Notes: a model not told the origin generated them from the letters alone. A stretch of 63,372 nucleotides of DNA, filler included, from Nemertoderma westbladi (GCA_032718475.1; 3 parts of 3 records of this genome joined end to end with filler, not necessarily neighbours in it); one strand, 5' to 3'. Numbered from the whole stretch's first letter, positions 11,436-25,289 are shown. Translations and numbers: made by a program.

Positions 11436-11814
11436 ACTACAATACAGTACTTTACTCATGTATAAGCTGTACTGTGACGTGTATAACTGATGTGCCATAT
11501 GTATATGTAAAATATCGTCAATAACTACATAATAGTAGTTAGCACATGGTGTACTTAAGTAGATTTGCATTCAATAACTCACCGATGGACTTTATATAAC
11601 GGCTGTGCTGTGCTGAGAAAGAGTTATCAACACTTTATTATTTTAGCTGCTGTGTTTGATGTTTATACGGTTGTGTTTGACGACGCTTTATAGGGTTGAG
11701 CGGCTTATTACAGGTGAGATAATGTTCACAAATGGAAATGTCAAAACCGAAGGAAATTGTTTTTACTCTAAAAGGTGTCTGTCCGTAGCGACAAACTAAA
11801 GGACTTCTAAATGA

Positions 11815-12023
11815 CCAAAAAATAATTTATGGTCGACCTCTCGACCAAAAATTAATTTATGATGGACCATCAATTGTTTTGTGGTCGACCATAAATAATA
11901 ATGAAAAAAGATGGTGCTAGCGCTATTCGCAACGAGAATGACATCTCGCGGCGAGAATGCATTTTCGTAACGAGATTCTCGCATCGAGAACGACATTTCA
12001 TTTGACCAGAACGGCGCCCCATA
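11815..12023. mobile_element. MITE remnant with short inverted/tandem motifs and a CCATA (TATGG on minus) end
   Basis: ATTTATGGTCGACC / GGTCGACCATAAAT inverted pair, CGAGAA repeats, end GCGCCCCATA similar in style to the 44809-45192 element. Confidence 0.35.
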
Positions 12024-13782
12024 GCCGATAATTTTAACCCCTCCCACCTTTATAAATCATTTCTATTTTTTGTGATTTCAGGTTCAGGTTCAGGTTCAGT
12101 TTCATTGAATTGTTAAGGTCTAGAGTACTAGACCAATAACACAAAATTATTCCCACCAATAACCACCAAACATAATACTTTAAGTATGAAGGAAGAACTA
12201 CTAACAAATAACAGAACTGAGCTGATCTGGTTGCCTAGCAGCAGCAAATGCAAATGCGAACACTGCACTCATACAATCCAGCAATCCACAATCAATCCTA
12301 GTACCGGTCAGCCAGTACAACAGTACCGGCCAGCCAGTACAACAGCAGAATAACTTTAACTCTACTGACGGACTGAGTGTAGAATTGTCCAGTCCATCCA
12401 TGGCCATGGCCTAGTCTTCTAGTCAACTAGTAAATTATCTTTATTAGTTTTTTTTTTAAATAGGCCTAGGCCTATATTTTATCACTAGTCTTACAAATTG
12501 ATAGGATATTGTATTTCAAAATAATCAGATAATACACAGTTGTAAAATGTAAAAATGCAAATACAAAACAAAACATGAAAGACAGAAAGACACTATTTCT
12601 ATTGTGCCAAAATGCAAAATGAAGGCGTACCGTCAGACCGTAATTGTTTATGACTAAATATAACAACTACAGACCTAACTACAGAACTATGTAGGCCTAT
12701 AAGCGACGACATGTGATATCGTTGTATTGAGGAGACCGAACCGGTCTCCAGTCTCACTCAATGCTGCTGACAATCCCTAGGCCTAGCCTACACTCGTTGT
12801 TGGTTCTACGACGACGACGCCATGCCATCATCAGTTCACCGATTTTAGTTGCCAACTAGCCCCGACTGCTAGCCAACCAAACCCCTATACTGCTGTACTG
12901 CTGTCAACGTCTGAACGTTGTACGAACGGTGCTCGAAGGTTGTATCCCGACTCCAATCGATGTTTAACGGCTGCAGTGGGTCATGGCAACTTGCGGGGTT
13001 CCGGTGTATTGTATCTGCCGGAGTTCTCTGCAGTCGATGAGATAACATCATCCCGTCAGCCCGTTGAGGGAATTTCCCGCTTGTAATTTCTTCTGTCGTA
13101 ATTATAAAGTGCGCCACTTTAATTTCTAATATGCCTGTTTCCTACTTCCCTTTCAAATTGTATTGTTCCACGTTTTTTATTTCCAAATTTCAGCAGAAAT
13201 TAGGCCTACCAATTACAACATAATAATAATAATTATTATAAATAATAGTTCTAATGTACACCTTCGGTTTTTAGCTAAGCCTTTTAGACAAACACGTAGG
13301 CCTAGTTCTGTAGTATTATTCACTTTATATTACACAAATTTATTCGCTTTATGTTATGTTACAGTACAAATTATGTTTTTTTTAAAGTAAGACGCTTCAT
13401 AATGGAGGATAAGCCATAACGCAAAGTAGCTTATTCATAAACGAAGCTTATTTCTTATTTCTCCATTGTGAACCGGGTTAATTCTTTGTAGTTTCAGTTT
13501 ATCTTTAACTTTTTTAACATTAACTTAATTTCTCGTATCATCACAACACATACTGACATATATTTAATAATTAATAATTACTCATTATTCATTTTTAATG
13601 CTCTCTTGACTAGTGTGGATGACTAGTTCTATATGATTCACTGAATAGGCAATAAATAAGTTTAATTGACTGTATTTTTCACTAAAATTTTATTTTGTTT
13701 TAATTCAATTTTTCTTTATATATACATTTATGTTTTCTTTATTTTAGACGCTAAAAAACCTGCGTATAATATATTACTACCA

Positions 13783-15207
13783 ATGAGGAACCGCGCTACT
13801 GTGTACTATATATTTATCACAGTTGTCGTCATGGCCCTGTTGGGTTATTTCGGTATCGCTTACGTTTACCAACTGCGATCTGCCATAATCAGACATATTG
13901 ACCAGGAAAATTTCATTGGTCCGTATATTACAAAAGATGGGCTCACATCTTCCGATGACAACGTTGATCCAATAAAAAAGAAAATTAAAGAGGAAAACAA
14001 ACATAATACGGATACCGGTACCGCAAGAAACATTTCATTGTCGGCCAATTCGCGTATAAACAGAAGTTATTGCCCAACAAATAATCAATTAATTGATATT
14101 TCCGCTTCGAAAGTTTCCCTTACCACAGAGATTGGTGGACATTATTGCCTTACAGAGGGAACCGATATCCCTCAAAGTCTCGAGATCAATCGATGTGTTT
14201 GTACGGAGGAATGGAGTGGCCCTCATTGCGACATTCCTGACTTCCTAAACAGATATAATCATATAAAAAACGTACATTTTAGAAAAACCCCAAGACGCGT
14301 AATTAACGCTTTTCCAATAAATGCTGAATTCGATATGGTTCGCGCGCGTTTCTCAGAATTGTCTGGTTTAGTTGACGCTTATGTAATAGTGGAATCCAAT
14401 TACACCATGAATGGATCCTCTAAACCTCTGTATCTAAGAGACAAACTGGAATCTGGAATGTTCGCGGAGGATCGCCATCGAATAGTTTACGTTTGTTTGA
14501 ATTCCTACCCCCCGGACGCCGACTACGACGGCTGGATCTCGCAAGATCTAACGCGAAACTCCCTGGGAAAAATCGGTGTGGCTGAAAACCTAGCCGGGTG
14601 GCGTGATGATGATTGGTTTATCCTTAATGACGCAGACGAAATACCTCGGAGAGAGTTGATTTTATTTCTTAAGTCTCACGACAACATTACTTCTCCGATT
14701 ATTTTATTCTACCAAACTACTATATACGGATTCTTTTGGAGACAAAAGACTTCGGCGGAGGTATTTTCTGTTGCGCCTATAAGTTACCTTGCGGAATCTT
14801 TAGATTACCAATCAAACTTAGTTAGAAGAGATTTTAGCAGTCATGACTTTCAGAAAAAACTTGAGTTTCAGCGGAAACACCCTGATCTTCCGTTAAAGGA
14901 GTGGACCGCCGGGACGATGGCGTATCCAGCTGGGTGGCATTGTTCGTGGTGCGCCACACCAGAGGGGATTCGTTGGAAGCTCGTATCAGCGGCTAATAGC
15001 GACCCGCCCCGGTGGGGCGACTACAAGGATAAACTCGATCTCGAATATATCAAAGAGTTAATTCGAGTTGGGGGTTGGTTCGACAGTGACGCTAATGTTG
15101 GCACCTTTGAACCCGCCAAGCCCTCGAAACATTACGCCCCGAAATATTTCACGAGGAACTTAGAGGAGTTTTCATATTTATTGCGTAATCCTTATACTAA
15201 AAGATAA
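13783..15207 (+). CDS. MGAT3: Beta-1,4-mannosyl-glycoprotein 4-beta-N-acetylglucosaminyltransferase (GT17, GnT-III-like), single coding exon
   Basis: Type II TM anchor after MRNRAT; C-x-C...W-x-G-x-x-C stem; PRRVINAF..N.EFD, VIVESNYT..G..KPL, DADEIP (DxD), YGFFW, AGWHCSWC; splice acceptor TTTTAG at 13747 upstream; AATAAA at about 15216. Confidence 0.9.
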   Translation: MRNRATVYYIFITVVVMALLGYFGIAYVYQLRSAIIRHIDQENFIGPYITKDGLTSSDDNVDPIKKKIKEENKHNTDTGTARNISLSANSRINRSYCPTNNQLIDISASKVSLTTEIGGHYCLTEGTDIPQSLEINRCVCTEEWSGPHCDIPDFLNRYNHIKNVHFRKTPRRVINAFPINAEFDMVRARFSELSGLVDAYVIVESNYTMNGSSKPLYLRDKLESGMFAEDRHRIVYVCLNSYPPDADYDGWISQDLTRNSLGKIGVAENLAGWRDDDWFILNDADEIPRRELILFLKSHDNITSPIILFYQTTIYGFFWRQKTSAEVFSVAPISYLAESLDYQSNLVRRDFSSHDFQKKLEFQRKHPDLPLKEWTAGTMAYPAGWHCSWCATPEGIRWKLVSAANSDPPRWGDYKDKLDLEYIKELIRVGGWFDSDANVGTFEPAKPSKHYAPKYFTRNLEEFSYLLRNPYTKR

Positions 15208-15510
15208 TTTGGAGCAATAAACAAAAAAGTGAGCCCATGATGTAATTCCATTTCTACTGAATGAAATCCCATGAAATAAAATGTTACAGGTAGACATTTT
15301 CATCAGGAATCTAGGAAACCGTGTTTGCTAAACGCTATTGTAAATAAATAGCATTAAATTTTGCTTGATATCGTCAAAAACCAGGGAGAACGTGATGTTT
15401 TGACAAAAAAATGATATCAAATGTCAATAAAAGTTAATATGTTATATACCAAATGGAAGCTCGACATTTTGTCTATAAATTTTAAGAATCATCATAGTCT
15501 ATAGATGTAT

Positions 15511-16055
15511 AGCCTTGAATAGGCTTTCCAGGATTTGGAAGTCACCGAGAATTAATCGGAAACTTAAGGTCCGATTATTTAGAGCAGCAGTAGTTCCAGT
15601 ACTCCTCTATGGGAGTTCATGCTGGGCTCTAACTGCTGAGGACACCAAATCTCTGGATGGCACATTCACAAGAATGCTACGCCGGGTTCATTGTGTCAAG
15701 TTCAATGCACACATCTCCAACCAGACACTATATAACATTGGAGGTGTCTCATTGGTTCCCCCAAGATTGACACTAGAACAAAATCGCCTCCGCTTTGCAG
15801 GACATTGCTTTCGCCGTGAGGACCTGCCAGTGCATAATCTTGTACTTTGGCAGCCTCATGGAGTGAATAAGCATGGTGGACAGCCCATGACTTTCTTGAG
15901 ACGCATCTTAAAGGACACTGGCCTTGAAGATGCGGATGATCTAGCAAATGTCATGGGTGATAGGGAGTTATGGCGGTGCAATTTTGTCGATAAGCCGGCA
16001 CAGCATTCTTAAAAATGCAGCTGCAATGCAGCATGCCGATCCTAGTAGTAGTAGT
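15511..16055 (+). mobile_element. 5'-truncated RTE-like LINE
   Basis: ORF 15515-16012 (RT C-terminal region), conserved 3' UTR, TAGTAGTAGTAG tail. Confidence 0.9.
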
Positions 16056-17099
16056 ATACAGGAGATCCTGGAACATTTTGTTTTCTACTACACCACTAAA
16101 AATGTCCCCAATGGCAAAAATTGAATAACGACAATTGTGGTTAGAGGCACACCTTGACATTTCTTTTAAGAATCTGTAATTACTCAGCTGTAAAACACAC
16201 AAAAAACAATTATACAAATTCATCGAAAATTTTTGAAGATATGTGGGTTTGAAGAGCCTCAAATCGGGAGGGAAAACCATAAACTGTCCCCTCCTGTAAC
16301 CAACGTTAAAGCTGATAGAATCGCATATAATTGGTACCTCGGTGAAACAATAACAGTTCTGAAATCCTCCTTGAAAATGCTTTTATTTAATGTAATGTTC
16401 ATACGCAGCTCATTTATAATGTGTGTTTGGCAGTGTCAGTCGTACCATAAAACGTCCCCCCACCTGTAACAGCCTGTAACCGGACTCCCATTACATTTAC
16501 ATGGAAGGTTACAGGAAGACAAATGTCCCACGCCTGTATCCAATTATCCTAAAATATGTATTAAAATAATGGTTACAGGAAGTGGACAGGAATGGACAAG
16601 CGCTTATTTTTTTATACAGATCATAATTAAGGTCGGCCAATATTCGCATTGAATTCTACGGACTCTGAGCTTTCAGAATATATATCATATGTTGGGTTTT
16701 GAGAAAATTTATTTTTTACAAAAAAATGGCTCTGGTTTTTCCCATTTTTCTGTATATCGCCCCATTTGTACAAATATATATTTTATAAGTTTTATATATT
16801 ATGTAAAATAAGTTATTAATATATATATATTATGTAAAATCATTGTTTTTATATCTATCTATATGGTTTATCCTAAACTATAAGCTTTTATATAAATAAC
16901 TATTAATTCCAACAAATCTTACTGATATTGAAACAGATTTTTCTTTCTAACTTTTTTGACCACCGCAACATCCTGCAACTGCTGTTCTTATCATCTCCAT
17001 CGTGATTTATTTCAAGGATTCTAAAACTTAAAGTCGTCGGAATTTCATGGGGAAATAGCTGACGACTGTTTGCGTTTTTACCTCTGGGCAACAGTTAGG

Positions 17100-18060
17100 T
17101 GGTGCCTAGGTTTGTAGTCTTTAATAAATCGTACTACTTTATTCTGAGCTACTTGTAATTTACATTTAAGCTGTTGGTTAAGCCTTCATACCAAGAAGAG
17201 CACGCATAGTCCATGTGACACTGTATTAAAGAATGCGGGAATCGGTGTTTAAACTATTTTTATTTTTGTATAGAAACCTAAGCCTACTGTTAACTTTCGA
17301 GAAAATACTTTTCACTGTGCTTTCTCCTGATAAGCAGTTATCCAATGTGGCGCCTAAATATTTAACTTCCTTTTTATTTTCAATCTTATGTCCATTTCTA
17401 GTGACTTCAAACTTAGTTACCTTCTTTAACTTTCTTTTGGAACAAAACAAAATACTTTCAGTCTTACCGTAGTGAATGGATAGCTTTTTATCAACCAACC
17501 ACTCATTACAGGACTCTAGAACTGCACTTAACTTTTGGTAAATATGGATAGGATTTTTATGAGAGAAAATAAGAGCACTGTCGTCGGCATATAAAATGAG
17601 TTTAAAATCGGGATCTATACTACTTATCATATTATTTACATAGCATACAAAAAGCAGAGGACCTAATATACTACCTTGCGGTACACCACAGGTAATCTCT
17701 TGTACAGTAGACTGCGATTTGCTACTGACTACAGTTTGACCTCTGTCTGACAGGTATGACTTGAACCAGTCTATAGAACCTACACCCATCAGGCCTAACT
17801 TACCAAGCAGAATTTCGTGATCTACAGTATCGAAAGCCTTTTGTAGGTCCAACATTACCATACCAGTATATAAACCCTTTGCGTTATTACATCTAATTGT
17901 ATCAGTTAAGTTAATAAGGCAGGTGTCTGTAGAATATGATTTACGAAAACCGGACTGAAGTTCATAGATCAGATTTAGCCTACTAAGATGTGCCTCCAGC
18001 TGTAGAAAAACAGAACGTTTTAGAGACAATACTTAAGATACTAACAGGTCTGTAATTACA
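17100..18060 (-). mobile_element. CR1/L2-group LINE reverse transcriptase fragment
   Basis: [45 protein letters not shown] motifs; frameshifted NYRPVSIL upstream. Confidence 0.88.
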
Positions 18061-18127
18061 GGGTTCGACATAACATCAGAAAATGGTTAAATTGGTCCTA
18101 ATAAATAATACTACAGTATTTCTATTA

Positions 18128-18200
18128 GGTTGCCACAAGTAGACAATATGTGGCGGTTGCGCCACAAGTAGACAATATGTGGCGGTTGCGCCACATATGT
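18128..18200. repeat. Short tandem repeat (~31-bp unit, ~2.5 copies)
   Basis: GGTTGCGCCACAAGTAGACAATATGTGGC repeated. Confidence 0.7.
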
Positions 18201-19013
18201 TGAATATTAGAGCTAATTAGAGCTAATATTAGAGCTATTAGAATTAAACTATTCTGTCAGAGTGGTTGAGTTTTACACGAGTTGGCAAGTTTCTAGTAGG
18301 CCTATGTATGTATGCCAACGCGACTGGCAACTCAACACATGAGGGCAGAATACCTGAATCTCGCTAAAGGAATTGAGTGGAAAAGAGTTTTATTTGTTGT
18401 AAGTCACTTTTATGTCAAAATCGTTAACAAGTTTAACAAAAAAGAACACTTTTTATGTCAACAAAAAAAGTAATGTTTCCATTACATTAATAACATTGCA
18501 TTTAAATGGATAATAGATTAAAGATATTTTCTAATACTAGGTAGTTTTTGCTAATTTTTTATAAATGTTATAGTGTTTATATATATAATGTTTGTACAGT
18601 AGGCCTACTATTTAATTAATGATAAAATTGTACCCTGCAAATAATTATTGCATATCGCTTGATCTGATAAAACCCCCTAAGTAGGAAAAAAACTCTGTTT
18701 AAGCACCTTCAATATGGGAATTAATTTCTGATAAAACCCCTTAAATTAGATATTAGGGGGTTTCTTATTAGTTAAATGTCAGAGGGACTTTTAATTATTC
18801 GTTCTGATAAAACCCCCAAAATGCCCGTTTGCCACAATATGATAGGATAATTGGCCTTGAATTAATTAATGGAGTGAGTTTTGAAGTAGGTCTACGGTAT
18901 TAGTATTACATGAATAGGTTGCCTCTCAACACTTAACAGTATTTTTAAATAGCTGAAAATTTGTAATGCTTATTTTAACCTTTGGCGAAAATCTGGGGAG
19001 GGTGGTCCATTTA

Positions 19014-19165
19014 CACTACTACTACTACTAGGGTCGGTACGTTACATTGCAGGTGCATTTTAAGAATGCTGTGTTGGCATGTCCACAAAATTGCAACGCC
19101 ACAAATCCCTATCACCCATGATATTTGCTGGATTATCCGCATCGTCAAGGCCAGTGTCCTTTGAG
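19014..19165 (-). mobile_element. RTE-like LINE 3' end
   Basis: (TAG)n tail and 3' UTR in minus orientation. Confidence 0.75.
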
Positions 19166-19310
19166 ATAAACGGGATCTTATTGAGTGTAGCTGAAGATGT
19201 TCAACCGGTAGTGAGTATAGCTGGAGATGTTCAACCGGTAGTGAATGTTCAAACAGACAATGTTCAATGTAGACAATGTTCAATCAGTTGTGAGTGTAGC
19301 TGGAGATGAT

Positions 19311-20495
19311 TTGGGTTACGTATAAAGGTCGTGGGACCACGTGAGCCCATTTTTTCACTTAGAAGGATAATTGAGGAGTTATCAAAAAAGAAAGACAGGC
19401 ATCTGGCTGTTATCTTTGTTGACTTCTTTAAGGCCTTTGATTCAGTCTCTCGCTCACGTATGTTCAGCATACTTTCATTATATGGGATTCCTGATGAAAT
19501 TATTGCAGCAATCAGATCAGTATACGATGGTTCGACAACATTTGTATTATTTTTGCTATTGCTACTACTGTTGACGGTGACACAGAACCATTCGAAATGC
19601 TATGGGGAGTCCTCCAAGGAGACACACTTGCGCCATTCTTGTTCATAATTGTGGTTGACTATGTTCTACTAATGACCTTAGATTATCATAATGATGATGG
19701 GGTGATGGTAACTGCACCTACTGGCTCCAGAAGTCGAGGAAATCCTGCAAAGTACCTAACTCATCTAGACTTTGCTGATGACTTAGGAGTACTCTCCTAA
19801 TCACTAGAAGGAGACGAACAGCTCCTCAGCTCATTAGAAAATTTTGACAGTTAACTTTGAAAGTCCTCAGCAAGTCTCTGACCGGATGAGCATAAGCTCA
19901 AAGGATGGTATGCTTGAGCAAGTGGAAGACTTCTGTTACCTGGGATCATGGATCCGGAAGTCAGGTGAGGACCTTCGAATACGTAAGGGAAAGGCATGGG
20001 CAGCCTTGAATAGGCTTTCCAGGATTTGGAAGTCACCAAGAATTAATCGGAAACTTAAGGTCCGATTATTTAGAGCAGCAGTAGTTCCAGTACTCCTCTA
20101 TGGGAGTCCATGCTGGGCTCTAACTGCTGAGGACACCAAATCTCTGGATGGCACATTCACAAGAATGCTACGCCGGGTTCATTGTGTCAAGTACAATGCA
20201 CACATCTCCAACCAGACACTATATAACATTGGAGGTGTCTCATTGGTTCCCCCAAGCTTGACACTTGAACACTCCGCTTTGCAGGAGATTGTTTTCGCAG
20301 TGAGGACCAGCCTGTGCATAATCTTGTGCTTTGGCAGCCCCATGGAGAAAATAAGCATGGTGGACAGCACATGACTTTTGTGAGACGCCTCTTACAGGAC
20401 ACTGGTTTTGTAGATGCGAATAGTCTCGCGAAAGTCATGGGGGATAGTGAGTTGTGCGGTGAATCTTAGTAGATAAGCCGGCATAGCATTCTTAA
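19311..20495 (+). mobile_element. RTE-like LINE RT region, degenerate
   Basis: FVDFFKAFDSV, GVLQGDTLAPFLFIIVVDYVL, LDFADDL, FCYLGSWI; stops and frameshifts. Confidence 0.9.
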
Positions 20496-20974
20496 TGAAC
20501 CCTGCATTGGGCTTGTCAATTGTGGATTGCATGGTGGTAGCAAAATATTTTTGTTAAGCCACCATCTCAATGACCAGTTTCAATGCAGCAGGCCGATTAT
20601 AGAGTTTAGCGGGAGATGTTCAATGTTTAGTGAGTGTAGCTGAAGATGTTCACGGTGAAGTAATGACGAATCGAGATTTATTTGTTTTAGAAGCCTACAA
20701 CAACAATATCAGAGATGATGAGGGCACAGAACAGTAGAAAATATTGAGACAATAATAATTGAGAAGGTATTGTTTTATCTCTTAGGCCTACGGATTCTCA
20801 TAGCATCAATCTTGAGTATGACACTCTACCTGATTCTATGGCAATCAATAGCGGGGTAAATGACGAGTAATCAATGCTAACGGAAGATGGTGACCATGAA
20901 TAAGTTTCCAACAGCAGGTGTGGCAAGATGACCACAATCCAGACAGCGCAAACAGTTATAAAAATAGGGAGTCT

Positions 20975-21515
20975 GGGCTGTCCCATGGAATAAAAGGGAA
21001 TCTAAAGGTTCGATTCTCTTTAGAGCAGCAGTAGAACCAGTACTCGTATATGGGAATCTATGCTGGCTTCTAACTGCAGAGGATTCCAAATCTCTGGATG
21101 GCACTTTCACAAGAATGATGCGCCGGGTTCATTGTGTCAAGTACAATGAAAACATCTCCAATCAGACTCTATACAACATTGGAGGAAACATCCATTAGTC
21201 TTCCTTAGCTTGACACTTGACCTGAACCGCTTCCGCTTTGCAGGACATTGCTTTCGCCGTGAGTACCAGCCAGTGCATAATCTTGTACTTTGGCAGCCTC
21301 ATGGAGTGAATAAGCATGGTGGACAGCCCATGCCTTTCTTGGAACGCCTGTTAGAGGCGTATCTAAACACTGGCCTTGAAGATGCGGATGATCTAGCAAA
21401 TGTCATGGGTGGTAGGGAGATGTGACAGCGCAATTTTGTTGACAAGCCGGCACAGCATTATTAATATATATGTAATACATAATAATGCAGTTGCAATGCA
21501 GCATGCTGATAGTAG
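20975..21515 (+). mobile_element. RTE-like LINE 3' fragment
   Basis: RFAGHCFRRE..PVHNLVLWQP and 3' UTR. Confidence 0.85.
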
Positions 21516-21912
21516 AAATAGTAATTATCAAAATAATGGTAATATTACAGTGTTTCTAATATAAGAGCTTTGCTTTATTGGACCCTTAGACCCACTAATA
21601 AGTCATTTAATGGGCCAGACTGTATCTGATAAAACCCCACATGCTAAAGATAACCCCCCTTAATTGTATGTTCTAACCTAACTATTGGGTTTCACAATCT
21701 GGCAAAACAACAGATATCAAATTAAATGGTCTAAAATGCGATCTACGTCTAAAAATATGTGCCCAAACAAATTATACGCTATTTTAGATTATATATAGTC
21801 AAAAATTAGATCGCATTACTTGAGATTTCTTAAAATATTCAGTTTTTTTCGTTTTTCTCAAAACTACAAAAATCGACTTAGGGGGTTTTGTCGAATTACC
21901 GACGATATACAC

Positions 21913-23690
21913 TAGTGTTTAAACGGGATCAGACTTATCGGGATTCCCGGGATCGGCACCGGGATTGCAATTTTGAACAAAATTTTCTTAAGTTTTCAGT
22001 AGGGGAGACCGGGGCTAAATGACCCCTTAATGCGGAGGGGGGGGGGGGGGGGGGAATAACCCCCATGAACCTTTTTTTAAAATGGCTGTCAATTAGTGTT
22101 AAATGATAATATTGCTATTTTCTCATGGCCAACCACTGTATGAAAGGCCAAATAGCCAATATAGGAAAATTTGAAAAATTATAGCCTCCCCCTAGCGGCT
22201 GGTGGCGGAATTAAAGATTTCACTAAAATTGCTACTAGTCCCTCAATTTTGGTCCAAATATCTTGAAACCAACTTTTATGGACTCAGCGTCATCGACTCT
22301 ACAAAAGTTATCTTATAGAATTTTTAATAAGCTATTTTTATTTTAATTAATTAACTTAATTAATTAATTATCATATTTTTAATTAAAATTGGCTAATTAG
22401 AAAAAATGGAAATATTTATCAAAATTCCATAGGATTACTTTTAAAGAGCTTCCAAAGCTCGTTCGAATGAGCCAAAAACGATGAAAATTGGTTGAAAATT
22501 GACTGAGGAGTAGTAATTTGAAAATGAAAAATGTCATTTTGAGAAAATGCCCTTCAAAGTTTAAACCGTCCCGCCAAAATTGGCTGTCTGTGTTCTGGTT
22601 GGTTAATTATTTCTGGCACGAAGGAAGCATACCAATGAGCTAAAATGTTCATTACGGGGGTTTTCGGGGTCGCTGATTTCATTTCCGATGCCAGTTTTAA
22701 TTTTTGTGGAATCTAGTCTATCTGTCTGTCTGTCGGTCTTCTGGCTTTCTTACAAATTAGACGGACAGACCGTCATACGGAAAAAACAGTAATAACTCGA
22801 GAAGTGAAAGAGGTCTCTCTAAGCGGTTTTCAGATTTGTAATCCTCATTAAATTCTGCTCTAGGTGAAATATAAAGAAACAACAATTTGAAAATTTAACC
22901 TAAGGGGGGTGGTACCACCGCCCCCCACTTTATTGCGAGGATATTAAGCAGCAAAATAGGTTCATTTCATAGCAACTAAATGTATACTTGTGGCCACAAA
23001 CACATATAAGATGGCCTTGTGTTTTTACATCCATCATAAAAATTGTCATTTTTAAAGATTTCAAAATCGACGGGGCTAAATGGGCCGGGGTGACACATTT
23101 AGCCCCACATAATATGTGAATGTATAAATTGAAGGGTAAGACAAGAAGTAAACGGTTGCGGTTGCGGTTGATTGATTGATTGATAGGTATAGGGAGGGAT
23201 AATTAACAAAGTGGAAAAATGGGAAACGTCCATCAGTTTGTTAAATATGAGAGACCAAAGTCATCCCGTTTCTTACATCTCTAAGTCGAAAAATCTAAAA
23301 TTTTAAATAAATTACAGATTTCTGTAAACAGCAGTGTTGTGCCTATGGCGAACTCTATTTAGTGACTAGGCGGATATTTACAGTAGTAACGAATTGGTGC
23401 CTTGGTGGGGTGCAGGGGCTCAGATATTGGGGTGGCCCACTTAGCCCCAGTGGCCCACTTAGCCCCAGTGGCCCACAGTGTTAATAAGATGCGGGTTTTT
23501 GGCAAAATTATATCACTTTATTTCACACTGCTGATATATGAGTAAGATGGTTTACTGACATCCAGTAATCCAACAATTCGATATAATCAATACATTTACG
23601 TTCTGGTTCAAATATCCATGGGATATTCAAGAAATTTACTATCCATTTATACTTCGGTATCCCGTTCCAAAAAAGTAGGGATCGGGCAAT
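21913..23690 (+). mobile_element. MITE (TIR TAGTGTTTAAACGGGATC), interrupted by a ~1.5-kb DNA element
   Basis: 21913-21975 and 23490-23690 match the intact copy at 54671-55090. Confidence 0.6.
21997..23480. mobile_element. Nested non-autonomous DNA transposon
   Basis: Left end TAGGGGAGACCGGGGCTAAAT, repeated GGGGCTAAAT / TTAGCCCC inverted motifs near the right end, internal inverted arms 22230-22530. Confidence 0.5.
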
Positions 23691-25289
23691 TGAATTATAA
23701 ATTAATTGTCATTTAGAGTAAGCCTACAGAATAACCAATTATTATATTTTTATAGCTGACATAAAAGATTAGACCTACTGGCTTCCACAAAACTACCAAA
23801 ACTTTTCACGAATGTTATATTTGAGTTCTATAATCGTGATCAGCATCCAAAAAAACGTTATATACTGCAAATAAATTTATTTTAGTGAGCCATAAAAATT
23901 TTTGAAAATTTTACCACGAAAAATACCTAAGATGGGTTCTAGAAAGGGACCATAGCACGAAAACTAACATAGCCATGTAAATGGTGTTTTCGCTGTTGGA
24001 TAGGCCATTAAATTTTAGGAAAATTTACGAAATTTACGAAATTTTGTTTTCCCAACAAACCTGACTGAAAGATAGAGATGATTTACAAAACAATTTCTAA
24101 AATGACATCCCCCGGGCCAAATAGGGTTAGGTATAGGCCTAATAATTAATAGCCAATATAATTATAAATTTACAGTATAATTGTTTGCAGATATGACTTG
24201 CAGTTTTTCTGCACGAAGGACCCCACTCGAGTGTAATTGGTTGGCGTTGTGTATGGTTTAATTTATTGGGTGGTGATACTGTAATTATCTGGTAGCAGTA
24301 AATTTTAAATGCTCTTTGTTTGTGCTTGTTTCATGACGTACTGAAATATTCATGTCCCATTGTTTTAAAGTTGAATTTATGCGAAAGTGAATTTCGCATG
24401 TTAAAGTTGTATTAAAAATAAATCTGAACCTATAAAAAAAAATTATTATGCTAATGTTTAATCGTAATTTATTTTGGTTTAATATATTTTAATTCTAAAT
24501 CCCACTCCATCATAACATTGTTATCCCCCATGAATCTATAATTAAATAGCTGTCAATTAGCTATTATCTCAATCTCGTTATAACAATGCATGATTAGTTT
24601 TACCACCGTTTTCATTCCGTGAAATATCTGACGCTAATGGATATTGATGTTTCGCCATTAATCATTCACGCTGCGATTGTGGCGAGTGGGCTACTAGGGC
24701 AAAACTAAAACCGTTATCATTGAAAGAAACATGTTTTTCCAGTTTTGATTCGTAAACAACAGTACCATGCGAGGCCTGTTATCAATAATTAGTCATAGTT
24801 GGCACATCGTGTTTTCTTGCAAACGTGTTATTTTGCTAGCGTGTTTTCCATTTGAGAAGCAACATCATTACATGCTTTCGTCCACAAATATGTTTTCCTC
24901 TCTTAGAATCGAAGTAACTAAATCAGTAATATTTTGTGATTAATATAAATTGCTAGAAACGTAAATGACAAATATTAATATTTTTGCAGATAAACAGAAT
25001 AAATAATATTTTTTTCTCAAAACAATCTTGTTTTTAATAAAATACAGTACCAATGCTTTCATTATTTACATTAGCGTATTTCTTTGTCTACTCGCCAACG
25101 CAAGCATATTGTGTGGGCAGCAGGTTGAGTACAAAACAAAGACCAATAGAACAAAGACCCAAAACTTTACTGCCCGTTCTGTACAAAACAAAGGTTAGGT
25201 CCCATCGCCATTTCCATTTATAGGTGCAGGTTAAAAGGAGCAGGTTACAGAGGCGTGTTGGGGGAACCAAAATAATAAACGAAAGTTAA

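Larger units (their letters stand above)
18656..21904. mobile_element. Non-autonomous TIR DNA element (Sola-like) with ATAT TSD, interrupted by three LINE fragments
   Basis: Imperfect TIRs CG...GA(T/C)AAAACCCCCTAAGT at both ends, ATAT at 18652-18655 and 21905-21908, internal CTGATAAAACCCC repeats; superfamily inferred only from the 4-bp AT-rich TSD. Confidence 0.6.

Noticed and set aside
12869-13117. 82-aa minus-strand ORF in a GC-richer patch
   Set aside because: No ATG start or recognisable homology; may simply be the MGAT3 promoter or 5' UTR region
13666-13782. N-terminal extension of the MGAT3 ORF from a TTG start
   Set aside because: Overlaps the polypyrimidine tract and acceptor at 13747; the first ATG before the TM anchor is at 13783
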